A stretch of 64,000 nucleotides of DNA from a bacterium (lineage in GTDB: Bacteria; Verrucomicrobiota; Verrucomicrobiia; Opitutales; Opitutaceae), in assembly GCA_010027235.1 (NCBI GenBank), contig RGVP01000001.1:573-64572 (forward strand), given 5' to 3'. The translations under genes were made by a program, and so were the position numbers. Within the stretch, counting starts at the first letter, position 1. Every line of letters starts with the position of its first letter. The notes under the pieces were generated by a model that did no database searches, was not told where the DNA came from, and was given only the letters and a program-made list of their open reading frames with translations. Below, piece by piece: positions 46,723 through 56,521 of this stretch.

Positions 46723-47528
46723 TCCGCAGCGGTAGCGAAGAGGTGGCGCACAGCGGAGGTCTCGGGGGAATGAGCGCGGAACTTATGCGCGTCGAGAGTG
46801 CAGACGGGCATGACGCCCATCAAAGAGTTCGTGAGAAAGACCTCATCGGCTGCCAGCAACTCGTCGAGGGTGAAGGCGGTTTCGTGGGCGCGTTCTGGGC
46901 CGATCAGAGCGAGCACACGTGCTCGGGCGACACCCGGCAGCACACCCAAAGAAAGCGGGGGGGTGTGGGCGTGACCTTCCTTCACTATGAAAACCGACGT
47001 GCTCGAACCTTCCAGCACACGGCCGGCAGGTGTGACGAAAATAGCCTCGTCGAAATCGGAGGCGCGGGCGGTCTCGCGGGCGAGGCGATTTTCAAGGTAG
47101 TTAAGAGTTTTGAGACCGGTCAGGCGGCCGTCTCGCTCCCCCTGTCGGAGGGTCATAACGCGGAAGCCCCGCAAGTAGTCGGGGGCAGAATAGGGCAGGG
47201 TGCGGGCGGTGATGAGTTCGGCGGTGCGGTTTAGTTCTCGGTAGCGGACGATTTTTACGGCGGCATCGGGCAAGCGCACGCTGGCAAGCAGGCGGGTGAC
47301 GCGGTCGGCTAGTTCCGGCGCCGACGCAGGCACCTCGAGATTGAGCGCAGTGCAGGCGGCGGAAAGGCGGGCATGGTGGGCGGAGAAAAGCAGGGGGCGG
47401 CCGCGATGGGTGCGCACGGTCTCGAACGCGCCATGGCCGAATAGAAAACCGTCGGATAAAGCGGAGACGCGGGCCTGTGCGGCCGGGAGGATCTGGCCGT
47501 CTAGGAGGACTTGGGGGGCGATCGACAT
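46719..47528 (-). CDS. pabC: Aminodeoxychorismate lyase (class IV aminotransferase fold)
   Basis: Class IV PLP-fold blocks (FGHGAFETVR, LTGLKTLNYLENRLA, LEGSSTSVFIV). It lies directly downstream of pabB. Confidence 0.7.
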   Translation of the reverse strand: MSIAPQVLLDGQILPAAQARVSALSDGFLFGHGAFETVRTHRGRPLLFSAHHARLSAACTALNLEVPASAPELADRVTRLLASVRLPDAAVKIVRYRELNRTAELITARTLPYSAPDYLRGFRVMTLRQGERDGRLTGLKTLNYLENRLARETARASDFDEAIFVTPAGRVLEGSSTSVFIVKEGHAHTPPLSLGVLPGVARARVLALIGPERAHETAFTLDELLAADEVFLTNSLMGVMPVCTLDAHKFRAHSPETSAVRHLFATAAE

Positions 47529-47587
47529 GGGGAAATCTGAAGCACGAAACTCGAAGACCGAAGTTCGTGGGCAAATGTGGAGTTTGT

Positions 47588-48889
47588 TTAAGGTGCGGTG
47601 AGGGCTGCGCGCATGGCGCTGCCTTTGTGCTCGGTTTCTTGGTATTCGGCGGCGGCATTACTATCCCACGTGATACCACCGCCGACGTGGTAATGAGCGC
47701 GGCCCTCAGCGCAGGTGATGGTGCGGATGGCGATGGCTAAGTCGGCATCACCGTCGTAGCCTAGATAGCCGAGCGATCCTGTGTAGACTTGGCGTGGCGC
47801 TGGCTCCAGTTCGGCGATTATTTGCATGGCGCGGATCTTAGGAGCGCCGGTGATGCTGCCGCCGGGATGAAGAGCGCGCAGGGCATCGAAGCGGTCTAGA
47901 TTTGGGGTAAGTTCGCCGCGCACGGTGGCGACGAGGTGGTGCACCGTGGCGTAGGTTTCGAGGTCGTGGCGTGCGGTTACATGGACGCTACCAGGCACGC
48001 ACACGCGGCCAAGATCGTTGCGGGCCAGATCCACAATCATTAACAACTCAGCGTGGTCCTTGGCACTAGCGAGCAGGCGGGTGCGCTGGGCGGCGTCCGC
48101 GATGGGGTCGGTGAGGCGGGCGACCGTGCCCTTGATCGGGCGGGTTTCCAGGGTGCGACCCGCTACCCGCAGCAGGCGTTCCGGTGAGCTGGAAACTAGT
48201 TGGTGGTCGCCGAAATCCAGGAATGCGGTGTGAGGTGCTGGACTTAGCGCTCGCAAGCGAAGGTGAAGACTGGCGGCGGCCCCGGTAAAAGACGCGGAAA
48301 AGCGCTGGGTGAAGTTTACCTGATAAACGTCGCCAGCGGCTATATAGTTACGGATGCGTTTGATGGCGTCGGCATAGACCTCGGGTGTGAGGTCGGCGAC
48401 GAGTTTTCCCGCGGAAAAGGACTGGGGAGACGGAACTGGAGCCTCGACCAGACCGCGCACGCGGTCGAGGTCGGACGGGTTGGATGCGACGAGATGGGTC
48501 TGACCGGTAATGTGGTCGTGCAGGACGGCAGCATCGTAAAACCCGAAGGCCAGCGCCGGTAGCGCGGAGGGCGATCGGGTGGAAACGCCTTCGAGGGCGG
48601 AACCGTAATCATAACTAAAATAGCCGATGGCGCCGCCTACGAAGGGCAGGCCGGGGACAGGGGCACAAGCGCGAGTCGCAAGCTCGGTGCGCAGGCGGTT
48701 CAACTTCTCGCCGTCGCCTCGCACTACAAGGCTAGGTTCACAGGCGAGGATGCTATGGCGCGCAGTCGCGGACGTAAGGGCTGAATCGAGAAAAACGCAG
48801 CCGGGTCTGGTGGAGAAGGTTTTAAACAGCTCGACCGGGAGCGGGCAGGCCCCGGGAGGCAAAGTTTCCACAAGTGGCGGTGGGCGCAT
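47588..48889 (-). CDS. pabB: Aminodeoxychorismate synthase component I
   Basis: Chorismate-binding enzyme blocks (SSSPERLLRV, RPIKGT, NDLGRVC, HPGGSITGAPK, RQVYTGSLGYL). It sits in a folate-gene context. Confidence 0.8.
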   Translation of the reverse strand: MRPPPLVETLPPGACPLPVELFKTFSTRPGCVFLDSALTSATARHSILACEPSLVVRGDGEKLNRLRTELATRACAPVPGLPFVGGAIGYFSYDYGSALEGVSTRSPSALPALAFGFYDAAVLHDHITGQTHLVASNPSDLDRVRGLVEAPVPSPQSFSAGKLVADLTPEVYADAIKRIRNYIAAGDVYQVNFTQRFSASFTGAAASLHLRLRALSPAPHTAFLDFGDHQLVSSSPERLLRVAGRTLETRPIKGTVARLTDPIADAAQRTRLLASAKDHAELLMIVDLARNDLGRVCVPGSVHVTARHDLETYATVHHLVATVRGELTPNLDRFDALRALHPGGSITGAPKIRAMQIIAELEPAPRQVYTGSLGYLGYDGDADLAIAIRTITCAEGRAHYHVGGGITWDSNAAAEYQETEHKGSAMRAALTAP

Positions 48890-48907
48890 GCGCTGGAGTG
48901 GCGGCGA

Positions 48908-49405
48908 TCAGTTGGTAGCGGGGCGAACACCGGAACGGTCGAGCCTAGCGAGGTGTTGCTCGATCGTGCGGTCGGCGAGAATGAGATCGGGTGCGAGGTC
49001 GTGCAGCGGAACCAAGACAAACGCGCGGTCAAGCATGGCTGGGTGGGGTAGGGTGAGGCGGGTATCTTGCAGGGTAGCTGCACCGTGGAGGAGCAGGTCG
49101 AGGTCGAGGGTTCGGGCGCCCCAGCGTTCGCGGCGGAGGCGGCCGCGGGACTGCTCGATGACGAGCAGCGCATCAAGTAGGGCGAGCGGCGCTAAAGTGG
49201 TGGCGAGGTGGGCGACGGCGTTTAGGTAATCCTGTTGGCCAGCGGGGCCGAGCGGGGCGGTTTCGTAAATCAACGAGGTAGCGAGCAGGCGGGTGCTGGG
49301 TAGATCGGCGAGGGCGATCAAGGCGGCTTCGAGGTGGGCGCGGCGGTCACCTAGATTGGAGCCTAGGGCGATGTAGGCGGAGACGGGGTCGGCGTTTGCT
49401 GGCAC
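48908..49405 (-). CDS. folK: 2-amino-4-hydroxy-6-hydroxymethyldihydropteridine pyrophosphokinase FolK
   Basis: Contains YIALGSNLGDRRAHLEAAL, RERWGARTLDLDLLL, LTLPHP and RAFVLVPL. Confidence 0.9.
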   Translation of the reverse strand: MPANADPVSAYIALGSNLGDRRAHLEAALIALADLPSTRLLATSLIYETAPLGPAGQQDYLNAVAHLATTLAPLALLDALLVIEQSRGRLRRERWGARTLDLDLLLHGAATLQDTRLTLPHPAMLDRAFVLVPLHDLAPDLILADRTIEQHLARLDRSGVRPATN

Positions 49406-49432
49406 GATAAAGGAGGCTAAGTCGGCGCCGGA

Positions 49433-49798
49433 TCAGGGCCTCGTCAGCGTGGTGGTAAGGGAAATGCCGGCGTGATCGCCAGGGATGGGGGCGTGGGGTT
49501 TGTGGACGGTAAGGGTGGCCGAAAGCACGCGGGGATGGGCGGAAAGAACGGCGGCGAGCAGGCGGTTGGAGAGGCTCTCGACGAGGCAAAAACGCTCGTT
49601 TGTCACGATGTCTCGGCAGAGTTCATAGACGGCGGCGTAATTGACGGTGTCGGCTAGATCATCGGTCGCAGCGGCCTGTGCGATGTCTACTTTCAAATCG
49701 AGATCTAGGATCCAGGGCTGGCCAAGCACGGCTTCTTCCGGGAGGACGCCGTGGCGTCCGTGGAAACGCATGGATTTTAGGCGGATGGTGGCGAGCAT
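49433..49798 (-). CDS. folB: Dihydroneopterin aldolase FolB
   Basis: IRLKSMRFHGRHGVLPEEAVLGQPWILDLDL...DDLADTVNYAAVYEL. The start is trimmed to ATG 49798. Confidence 0.85.
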   Translation of the reverse strand: MLATIRLKSMRFHGRHGVLPEEAVLGQPWILDLDLKVDIAQAAATDDLADTVNYAAVYELCRDIVTNERFCLVESLSNRLLAAVLSAHPRVLSATLTVHKPHAPIPGDHAGISLTTTLTRP

Positions 49799-49918
49799 GG
49801 TGGCGTAAGGGGCATAGGAAACCATGTAATGGCGGGTTGGCCCCGCGATGGGCACAAAAAAGCACCGGCATTGGGAGCCGGTGCCAAAGGAGGCGTGGCG
49901 ATCCCGCCGCGCGACCGC

Positions 49919-50590
49919 TTAGAGTTTATCCACTACGCGGTCGGCGAGGCCATAGGCGATGGCTTCGGTGGCGGTGAGGTAGAAATCGCGATCGGTGTCC
50001 TGATTGATGCGTTCAAGAGGCTGACCGGAGGCTCGGGCCAGAATAAGATTAAGCTCGGAGCGGAGTTTCTCCATCTCTTGAGCTTGGATGTTGATATCCG
50101 AGGCGGGTCCACTGAACCGACCGCTGATGAGGGGCTGGTGGATCAGGACGCGGGAGTGGGGGAAGAGCAGACGGCGCCCCTTGGGCGCGCCGCTAAGCAG
50201 GATGGATCCCATCGAGGCGGCCATGCCGGTGACGATCACGGTGATGGGCGAGCTGATGAGCTGCATGGTGTCGTAAACGGCCATGCCTGCGGTGATGGAG
50301 CCGCCGGGCGTGTTGATGTAGAAGAAGATTTCTTTACCGGGGCCTTCGGCTTCCAAGTAGAGGAGCTTTTCGGTGATGTCCTTTGCGGACTCGTCGGTGA
50401 CGGGGCCCCAGAGAAAAATTTTCCTCTGTTCTATGAACTTGTTTTGGATGCGGGCGGCCAGCGGGGCGGAGTTTTTCTTTATGGCAGCGTCGGCTTTGTC
50501 GTCCTCCTTGTCCTCGTCGTCATCGTCATCTGCGCGAGGGGCGAGGGGCTCTTTAAGACCGGTATGGTGGCTGGAGAAATGCGTCATCAA
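49919..50590 (-). CDS. clpP: ATP-dependent Clp protease proteolytic subunit ClpP with an acidic N-terminal extension
   Basis: Core blocks FYINTPGGSITAGMAVYDTM, GMAASMGSILL (Ser) and LIHQP (His). The N-terminus carries PRADDDDDEDKEDDKAD. Confidence 0.9.
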   Translation of the reverse strand: MMTHFSSHHTGLKEPLAPRADDDDDEDKEDDKADAAIKKNSAPLAARIQNKFIEQRKIFLWGPVTDESAKDITEKLLYLEAEGPGKEIFFYINTPGGSITAGMAVYDTMQLISSPITVIVTGMAASMGSILLSGAPKGRRLLFPHSRVLIHQPLISGRFSGPASDINIQAQEMEKLRSELNLILARASGQPLERINQDTDRDFYLTATEAIAYGLADRVVDKL

Positions 50591-50659
50591 AAGTAAGCTT
50601 GGGCGCGGTCGGCCGGCTTGGCAAGTCGGGCGGCGGGTTGGCGCGAGGGTAGTGGCGGG

Positions 50660-50691
50660 AAAAAAATAGCCCTCGGCAGGGCGCCGAGGGC
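50660..50691 (-). terminator. Rho-independent terminator after sucD (9-bp stem GCCCTCGGC/GCCGAGGGC, 5-nt loop)
   Basis: The plus strand reads AAAAAAATAGCCCTCGGCAGGGCGCCGAGGGC. On the minus strand the stem is followed by TATTTTTTT. It lies 36 nt downstream of the sucD stop. Confidence 0.8.
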
Positions 50692-50726
50692 AGGTAGTGA
50701 AAGAATGCGTTATACGTCCGAGTGAC

Positions 50727-51650
50727 TCACGCGAGGGAGACGCCTTTTTTGGCGGCGGCGCGGAGGAGGGCGTCGGCCATGTCGGTGGGGGTCGCCGCGA
50801 CCTCGATTCCGCACTCTTGAAAGACGGCGATCTTGGCGGCGGCGGTGTCCTCGGCTCCGCCGACGATGGCGCCTGCGTGGCCCATGCGGCGACCGGCGGG
50901 GGCGGTAGCGCCGGCGATAAAGCCCGCTACGGGCTTGGTGCAGTTCGCCTTGATCCAGCGGGCGGCCTCGACCTCGGCGCTGCCGCCGATTTCGCCAATG
51001 AGGATGATGCCCTTGGTATCGGGGTCTTCGTTAAAGAGTTTAATCACGTCGAGGTGACTGGTGCCATTGACTGGGTCGCCGCCGATTCCAACGGAGGTAG
51101 ACTGGCCAAGGCCCTTGGAGGTAATCTGAAAGACGGCCTCGTAGGTGAGGGTGCCAGAGCGGGACACGACGCCGACGTGGCCCTTACGATGGATATAGCC
51201 CGGGGCGATGCCGATGCGGCAGCCGCCATTGCTCCTATCGCCCGTGCCCGGGGTGACAAGGCCGGGGCAGTTGGGGCCGATCAGGCGAGTCTTCTTGCCG
51301 GTGATGGCGCGTTTTACGCGGACCATATCTTTGATCGGAATGCCCTCGGTGATGCAAACGGCGAGGTCGAGCCCGGCGTCTACACATTCAAGGATGGCGT
51401 CGCCCGCAAAGGGAGGCGGCACGAAGATGACTGATACGGTGGCACCGGTGATGGCGGCGGCCTCATGGACAGAGTTGAAGATCGGCACCTTGTGGCCGGC
51501 GTGCTCAAAGAACTGGCCGCCTTTGCCTGGGGTGACGCCGGCGACAAGCTGGGTGCCGTAATCGAGCGAGAGTTGAGCGTGTTTGGCACCAAAGGCGCCG
51601 GTGATGCCTTGGACGAGTATTTTGGTCTGCGGCGTGATGAGAATGGACAT
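50727..51650 (-). CDS. sucD: Succinyl-CoA synthetase alpha subunit
   Basis: Contains [40 protein letters not shown] and MGHAGAIV (active-site His). Confidence 0.95.
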   Translation of the reverse strand: MSILITPQTKILVQGITGAFGAKHAQLSLDYGTQLVAGVTPGKGGQFFEHAGHKVPIFNSVHEAAAITGATVSVIFVPPPFAGDAILECVDAGLDLAVCITEGIPIKDMVRVKRAITGKKTRLIGPNCPGLVTPGTGDRSNGGCRIGIAPGYIHRKGHVGVVSRSGTLTYEAVFQITSKGLGQSTSVGIGGDPVNGTSHLDVIKLFNEDPDTKGIILIGEIGGSAEVEAARWIKANCTKPVAGFIAGATAPAGRRMGHAGAIVGGAEDTAAAKIAVFQECGIEVAATPTDMADALLRAAAKKGVSLA

Positions 51651-51710
51651 GTCGAAAAGGAGTTAGGAGCTAGAATCCTAGAGCTAAAAGTTCAGGGGAG
51701 TTCGGATGGA

Positions 51711-52892
51711 TTATGCCACGAGTTTGACCATTTTCTGGGCGGCGTCGGCCATGGTATCGCCGCTGACAAGGGCGAGACCGGAATTGGCGAGGGTTTCCTT
51801 GCCCTTCGCGACGTTGTTGCCCTCCAGCCGGACGACAAGGGGGAGCTTGAGGCCGACTTCCTTTACCGCCTCGACGATACCCTCTGCGATCACGTTGCAG
51901 TCCATGATTCCGCCGAAAATATTAACGAAGATGCCTTTAACATTGGCGTCACCTAGGATGATCTTGAAGGCTGCGATCACTTTTTCCTTAGAGGCGCCGC
52001 CGCCGACGTCGAGGAAGTTCGCCGGGTTGCCGCCGTAGTGCTTGATGATATCCATAGTGGACATGGCGAGACCTGCGCCGTTGACGAGGCATGCGATATT
52101 TCCGTCGAGGGCGATGTAGGCGAGGTCGTATTTGGAAGCCTCGATCTCCTTCGGGTCTTCCTCGTTCAAGTCGCGCAGTGCGACGATCTCGGGGTGGCGG
52201 TAAAGAGCGTTACTATCGAAGGATACCTTAGCGTCGAGGGCCAAGACGTCGCCGGTGGGCGTGGTGATGAGGGGGTTGACCTCGACCATGGCGGCGTCGG
52301 TTTCCCAGAACATGGTGTAGAGATTCTTAATGAGTTTGGCGGCGTTCTTGGCCTCGTTGCCGGTGAGTTCTAGGGCGGCGATAAGTTGGCGAAGTTGGAA
52401 ATCGGCAACGCCATAGGCGGGGTCGATCAGCACCTTGGTTATTTTCTCGGGCGTTTCGTGGGCGACCTTTTCAATTTCGACCCCGCCTTCGGTCGAGGCG
52501 ACAATAACAGGGCGGGAAGAGGCGCGGTCGAGGAGGACGGCGAGATAATATTCTTTTTTGATGTCGCTCGCGACTGTGAAGTAGACGGTCTGGACCTTAC
52601 GTCCGGCAGGGCCAGTCTGAATGGTCACCAGGGTATTGCCCAACATTTTGCCGGCGATCTCGAAGGCGTCGGCCTTTGTTTTACAGAATTTCACACCGCC
52701 CTTATAGCCGTCAATGAAGGTTCCCTTGCCGCGACCGCCGGCGTGGATCTGGGATTTGACCATAGTGGGGCCCTCTGGAAGGGAGGCGAGCGCGGTGGCG
52801 AACTCCTCCGCAGTCTTGGCGGCGGCACCCTTGGGGACGGGCACCCCGTATTTCTCGAACAAGGTCTTGGCCTGATACTCGTGAATGTTCAT
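51711..52892 (-). CDS. sucC: Succinyl-CoA synthetase beta subunit
   Basis: Contains [45 protein letters not shown] and VVRLEGNN. The start is trimmed to ATG 52892. Confidence 0.95.
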   Translation of the reverse strand: MNIHEYQAKTLFEKYGVPVPKGAAAKTAEEFATALASLPEGPTMVKSQIHAGGRGKGTFIDGYKGGVKFCKTKADAFEIAGKMLGNTLVTIQTGPAGRKVQTVYFTVASDIKKEYYLAVLLDRASSRPVIVASTEGGVEIEKVAHETPEKITKVLIDPAYGVADFQLRQLIAALELTGNEAKNAAKLIKNLYTMFWETDAAMVEVNPLITTPTGDVLALDAKVSFDSNALYRHPEIVALRDLNEEDPKEIEASKYDLAYIALDGNIACLVNGAGLAMSTMDIIKHYGGNPANFLDVGGGASKEKVIAAFKIILGDANVKGIFVNIFGGIMDCNVIAEGIVEAVKEVGLKLPLVVRLEGNNVAKGKETLANSGLALVSGDTMADAAQKMVKLVA

Positions 52893-53016
52893 GCGGAAGT
52901 GTGGACCGTGTCGGGGGTGACACAGCTTGGCACGCCGAAAAGCTGCGGCGTGAGGTAACTTTAGCATGAATTCGCTCGGCCTTGCCTCCCGCTTATAGCT
53001 TGGACAAATTAGTGAG

Positions 53017-53535
53017 ATGCAATCGCACGAGTTGCTCAAAGAGGTTCTCAAACGCACCAGCGCCAAGCAGATCGCTGCAGACTTGGGGCTGTCGTTGTCC
53101 CTAATTTATAAATGGGCGGAGCCACCGACGGATATTTCTGGCAGCGGCTCAAGCAACCCTCTCGATCGTATTGACCAACTGCTGAGATCCACCAGTGACC
53201 CGCGCATTGCCCACTGGGTGTGCGCCCGCGCTGGAGGTTTTTTCATTTCTAATCCCACGGTGCAGGCCAGCGGAAGGGAACTCGTTCCGGCGACCAACGC
53301 CATCGTGCAGGATTTTGCCGAATTACTGGGCACGATTACAGCGGCCAGTGCCGACCTTCAGGTGACAGAGGCTGAGGCCCGCGCTATTCGCGCCCGCTGG
53401 GAAGAACTCAAAAGTGCCACGGAGGCCTTTGTGCAAGCGGCGGAAAAAGGTGCCTATCGTCAGCGAGCCGAGTCGCTCTCCGGTATCGAAACGACGCTGT
53501 CTGCGACGGCACGCACTCGGCCAGGAGCACGATGA
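53017..53535 (+). CDS. HTH protein resembling phage 186 CII / CP76-type regulators (tentative)
   Basis: [25 protein letters not shown], followed by [26 protein letters not shown] and a helical tail with [18 protein letters not shown]. The layout matches my recollection of the Phage_CP76 family. Confidence 0.45.
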   Translation: MQSHELLKEVLKRTSAKQIAADLGLSLSLIYKWAEPPTDISGSGSSNPLDRIDQLLRSTSDPRIAHWVCARAGGFFISNPTVQASGRELVPATNAIVQDFAELLGTITAASADLQVTEAEARAIRARWEELKSATEAFVQAAEKGAYRQRAESLSGIETTLSATARTRPGAR

Positions 53536-53589
53536 CGGTGTTCTCGGCGTGGCTTGCGGAGGGGGAAAGGCACTGCATTGTCTGTTGGT

Positions 53590-54057
53590 ATGAATGGTGT
53601 CAAAAACGTAAGGGTTTACCAGACCGGCCGACGCTTTCTGGGCTATGCTTTGTCCCTCGGTTGTCTCGGCTTGCTAGTGGCCTGCGCCGGTCCGGACCTG
53701 CGCATCAAGCGCAACGCGCAACTCTTCGAAAGATTGCCCCCCGCTGAACAAGGGCTGATTCGCGAAGGCAAAATCGGCATCGGGTTTACCGCTGACATGG
53801 TGCGACTCGCCTTGGGTTATCCAGATCAACGCTGGCTACGCACGGATGCGGACGGCCAAACAGAAATCTGGAGCTACACCAGTTACGACGCTTATGACGG
53901 CGTGCCGCTTTTTCGTGGTGACTATCACCGCTACAACGGGGGCTTCCCGCTCTATTCTGACCATTTTTTTAACCACCAAGCGCGAGCACGTGAGTATCTT
54001 AAGGTGAGCTTCAAGGGCGAATTAGTAAACTCCATCGAGCAGGACGCTCGGCGTTAG
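53590..54057 (+). CDS. Lipoprotein with a BamE/SmpA_OmlA-like segment
   Basis: Lipobox LGLLVAC, then IGFTADMVRLALGYPDQRW...QTEIWSY. The start is trimmed to ATG 53590. Confidence 0.5.
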   Translation: MNGVKNVRVYQTGRRFLGYALSLGCLGLLVACAGPDLRIKRNAQLFERLPPAEQGLIREGKIGIGFTADMVRLALGYPDQRWLRTDADGQTEIWSYTSYDAYDGVPLFRGDYHRYNGGFPLYSDHFFNHQARAREYLKVSFKGELVNSIEQDARR

Positions 54058-54150
54058 TTATAGCGACGCGAGTGGTCGGTAGAGAGATGGTCAGGTCGTA
54101 TTTCCGCCCTTGCAGGGAACGCTCCTGAACGGTCTTTTGAGCTTTCGCAC

Positions 54151-54639
54151 ATGTCCGCCCTAGACTCCGTCCAAGCTCTTATTCCCCACCGTCCACCGTT
54201 CTTATTTGTGGATGAGATCATCTCAGAGACCGAGGACGGCTTGACCGCGCGCCGCACTTGGCGGGCCGACGAAGGCTTTTACGCCGGTCATTATCCAGGT
54301 GCGCCCATCACTCCGGGTGTGTTGCTTTGCGAAGCGGTTTTCCAGACCGGGGCACTCTTCATGGCGCTTCAGGCGCAACGTGCAGGGGCTGCGCCCGGCG
54401 CGGGTGTGCCTCTACTCTCTAAGATCAGCGACGTGCGTTTTCGCACCCCGATCTACCCAGGCGATACCGTCGTCATAGAGGTAAAGCGTCAGGAGGCTGT
54501 GGCTGGTTTTACCATGATGCGTGGTGCAGTTAAGAAAACTGACGGCACCCGCGTTTTGAACGTCGATTTTACCGTGGCATGGAAGACGCCTGAAGGCCCC
54601 GCGCAAGTCGTGCAGCACGCTCAGCAAGCCCAACAGTGA
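54151..54639 (+). CDS. fabZ: FabZ-like hotdog-fold 3-hydroxyacyl dehydratase
   Basis: [16 protein letters not shown]...[26 protein letters not shown]. Confidence 0.8.
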   Translation: MSALDSVQALIPHRPPFLFVDEIISETEDGLTARRTWRADEGFYAGHYPGAPITPGVLLCEAVFQTGALFMALQAQRAGAAPGAGVPLLSKISDVRFRTPIYPGDTVVIEVKRQEAVAGFTMMRGAVKKTDGTRVLNVDFTVAWKTPEGPAQVVQHAQQAQQ

Positions 54640-55475
54640 GGCCCACCTCCAACCCGATGCCTGATTTTCTCCAGTTAACCGGCAAGACCGTTCTCGTTCA
54701 GGGCGTGGCCAATAAAAAGAGTGTCGCTTGGCACGTAGCCAAAACGCTCGAGGCAGAGGGCGCCCGGGTGATTTACGCCGTGAGGTCAGAGGCAAGAAAA
54801 AAGTCCCTAGAGACCTTATTGGCGGGTAAGCCGGTCTTTGTCTGCGACGTTGAGGAAAAGGGTGCGGCCGATCGCTTGGCTGCCGAGGTCGCGGCGGCGG
54901 GGCTCACTCCTCTGCACGGGCTGGTGCACTCGATCGCCTTCGCCAATTACGCGGAGGGCTTTAAGCCCTTTCACGAGACGAAGCGGGAGGATTTCCTCCA
55001 AGCCACCGCGATTTCCGCATTTTCTCTAGTCGAGCTGGCCAACGCCTTCAAAAATCAATTTGCCCCGCGCGCTTCAGTCGTGACCGTCGGCATCTCCTCT
55101 CTCTTGGTTACACCGGACAATTATGGCTACATGGGACCGATCAAGGCAGCGCTTGAGTCAGCAGTTCGTTTTCTGGGCAAATCCTTCAGTAACCACGGTG
55201 AAGTGCGTTTCAATGTCGTCGGAGCTGGTCCGTTAAAGACGAGCGCCTCGGCGGGAATCCCAGGTTATCTGGAGAGCTACCTTTACGCCGAAAAGCTCAC
55301 CTTCCGGAAACGCAATCTTGCAACTCAGGAGGTTGCCGATCCGGTGCTCTTTCTTTTGAGCGAACGCAGTTCGGGAATCAACGCCGCCACTCTGGTGGTC
55401 GATGCTGGCCTGGGCTCGAATTACTTTGACCAAGACATCATCCGCTTGGCCATGCGGCTGGAGGCCAAGTCCTGA
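54636..55475 (+). CDS. fabI: FabI-like enoyl reductase (SDR family)
   Basis: Contains [57 protein letters not shown] and GAGPLKTSA. It overlaps the fabZ-like stop. Confidence 0.75.
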   Translation: MRPTSNPMPDFLQLTGKTVLVQGVANKKSVAWHVAKTLEAEGARVIYAVRSEARKKSLETLLAGKPVFVCDVEEKGAADRLAAEVAAAGLTPLHGLVHSIAFANYAEGFKPFHETKREDFLQATAISAFSLVELANAFKNQFAPRASVVTVGISSLLVTPDNYGYMGPIKAALESAVRFLGKSFSNHGEVRFNVVGAGPLKTSASAGIPGYLESYLYAEKLTFRKRNLATQEVADPVLFLLSERSSGINAATLVVDAGLGSNYFDQDIIRLAMRLEAKS

Positions 55476-55479
55476 GCCG

Positions 55480-56511
55480 ATGCGTTTTTCGCACACCTGC
55501 ATCGAGTCCCTCGCCACCGCGCTGCCGGAGGAAATACTCACGTCCGCTGCGATAGAGAATCGGCTCTCGCCACTTTACCAACGCTTACGCTTGCCCGAGG
55601 GGCGACTCGAATTGATGACCGGGATTCGCGAGCGTCGCGTCTGGCCAGTCGGGACGCGCCCCTCTGATGCCTCCGCTGCCGCTGGGCGCGCCGCACTCGC
55701 GCGCTCAGGTCTACGCGCTGAGCAGGTCGAGCTTTTCATTCATGCCGCCGTCTGTCGTGACATGCTGGAGCCGGCCACCGCGAGTTTCGCCCACCGAAAA
55801 ATCGGTCTTCCCGCTACCGCCCAGATTTTTGATCTCTCCAATGCTTGTCTAGGCTGGCTCAACGCCTTGACCGTAGCTGCCGGTCTAATCGAAAGCGGCC
55901 AGATTCGCTGCGCCTTGGTCTGCGCTGGCGAAAATTGTGGTCCCTTGATTGAACAAACCCTGCGCACACTGCTCGCCGCGCCGCTCGATCGCAACGGCAT
56001 CAAGCCCTACTTTGCTAACCTCACCATCGGCTCCGGTGCGGTCGCTGCGATGGTGTGCCACGAGTCGTTGCTCCCCGCGGGCGTGCGGCCACATCGTTTG
56101 CTCGGCGGCGTCGCCCGCGCTGCGACCGAGCACAGCGAACTTTGCCAAGGTGATACCCATGGTGCGGATGCGCTGGCCATGCAGACTGATAGCGAAGCCC
56201 TACTGGTCGCAGGTATCGACTTGGCGCGCGCAACCTGGCGCTTGTTCACGGCGGACTTTGGAACCGCCTTCAACCGCACGATCTGCCACCAAGTCGGCAG
56301 CACCCATCGACGAAAGCTCTACGAGGCGCTGAGCTTGGATTTGACGAAAGACTTCTCGACCTTCGAAACGTTGGGTAACACCGGCTCGGTGGCGCTGCCA
56401 GCCACGCTCTCCGCTGCGATCGAGGCCTGTGCCGTGCATCCGGGCGACCGGGTCGCGCTACTCGGTATTGGGAGCGGTCTCAACTCCCTGATGTTAGCGC
56501 TAGACTGGTAA
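55480..56511 (+). CDS. KAS III-type thiolase (FabH family, OleA-like features)
   Basis: Contains GIRERRVW, RDMLEPATAS, FDLSNACLGWLNAL (active-site Cys), CHQVGSTH, LGNTGSVALP and GDRVALLGIGSGLNSLMLALDW. The start is trimmed to ATG 55480, 5 nt after the fabI-like stop. Confidence 0.75.
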   Translation: MRFSHTCIESLATALPEEILTSAAIENRLSPLYQRLRLPEGRLELMTGIRERRVWPVGTRPSDASAAAGRAALARSGLRAEQVELFIHAAVCRDMLEPATASFAHRKIGLPATAQIFDLSNACLGWLNALTVAAGLIESGQIRCALVCAGENCGPLIEQTLRTLLAAPLDRNGIKPYFANLTIGSGAVAAMVCHESLLPAGVRPHRLLGGVARAATEHSELCQGDTHGADALAMQTDSEALLVAGIDLARATWRLFTADFGTAFNRTICHQVGSTHRRKLYEALSLDLTKDFSTFETLGNTGSVALPATLSAAIEACAVHPGDRVALLGIGSGLNSLMLALDW

Positions 56512-56521
56512 ACCTGTCCGT

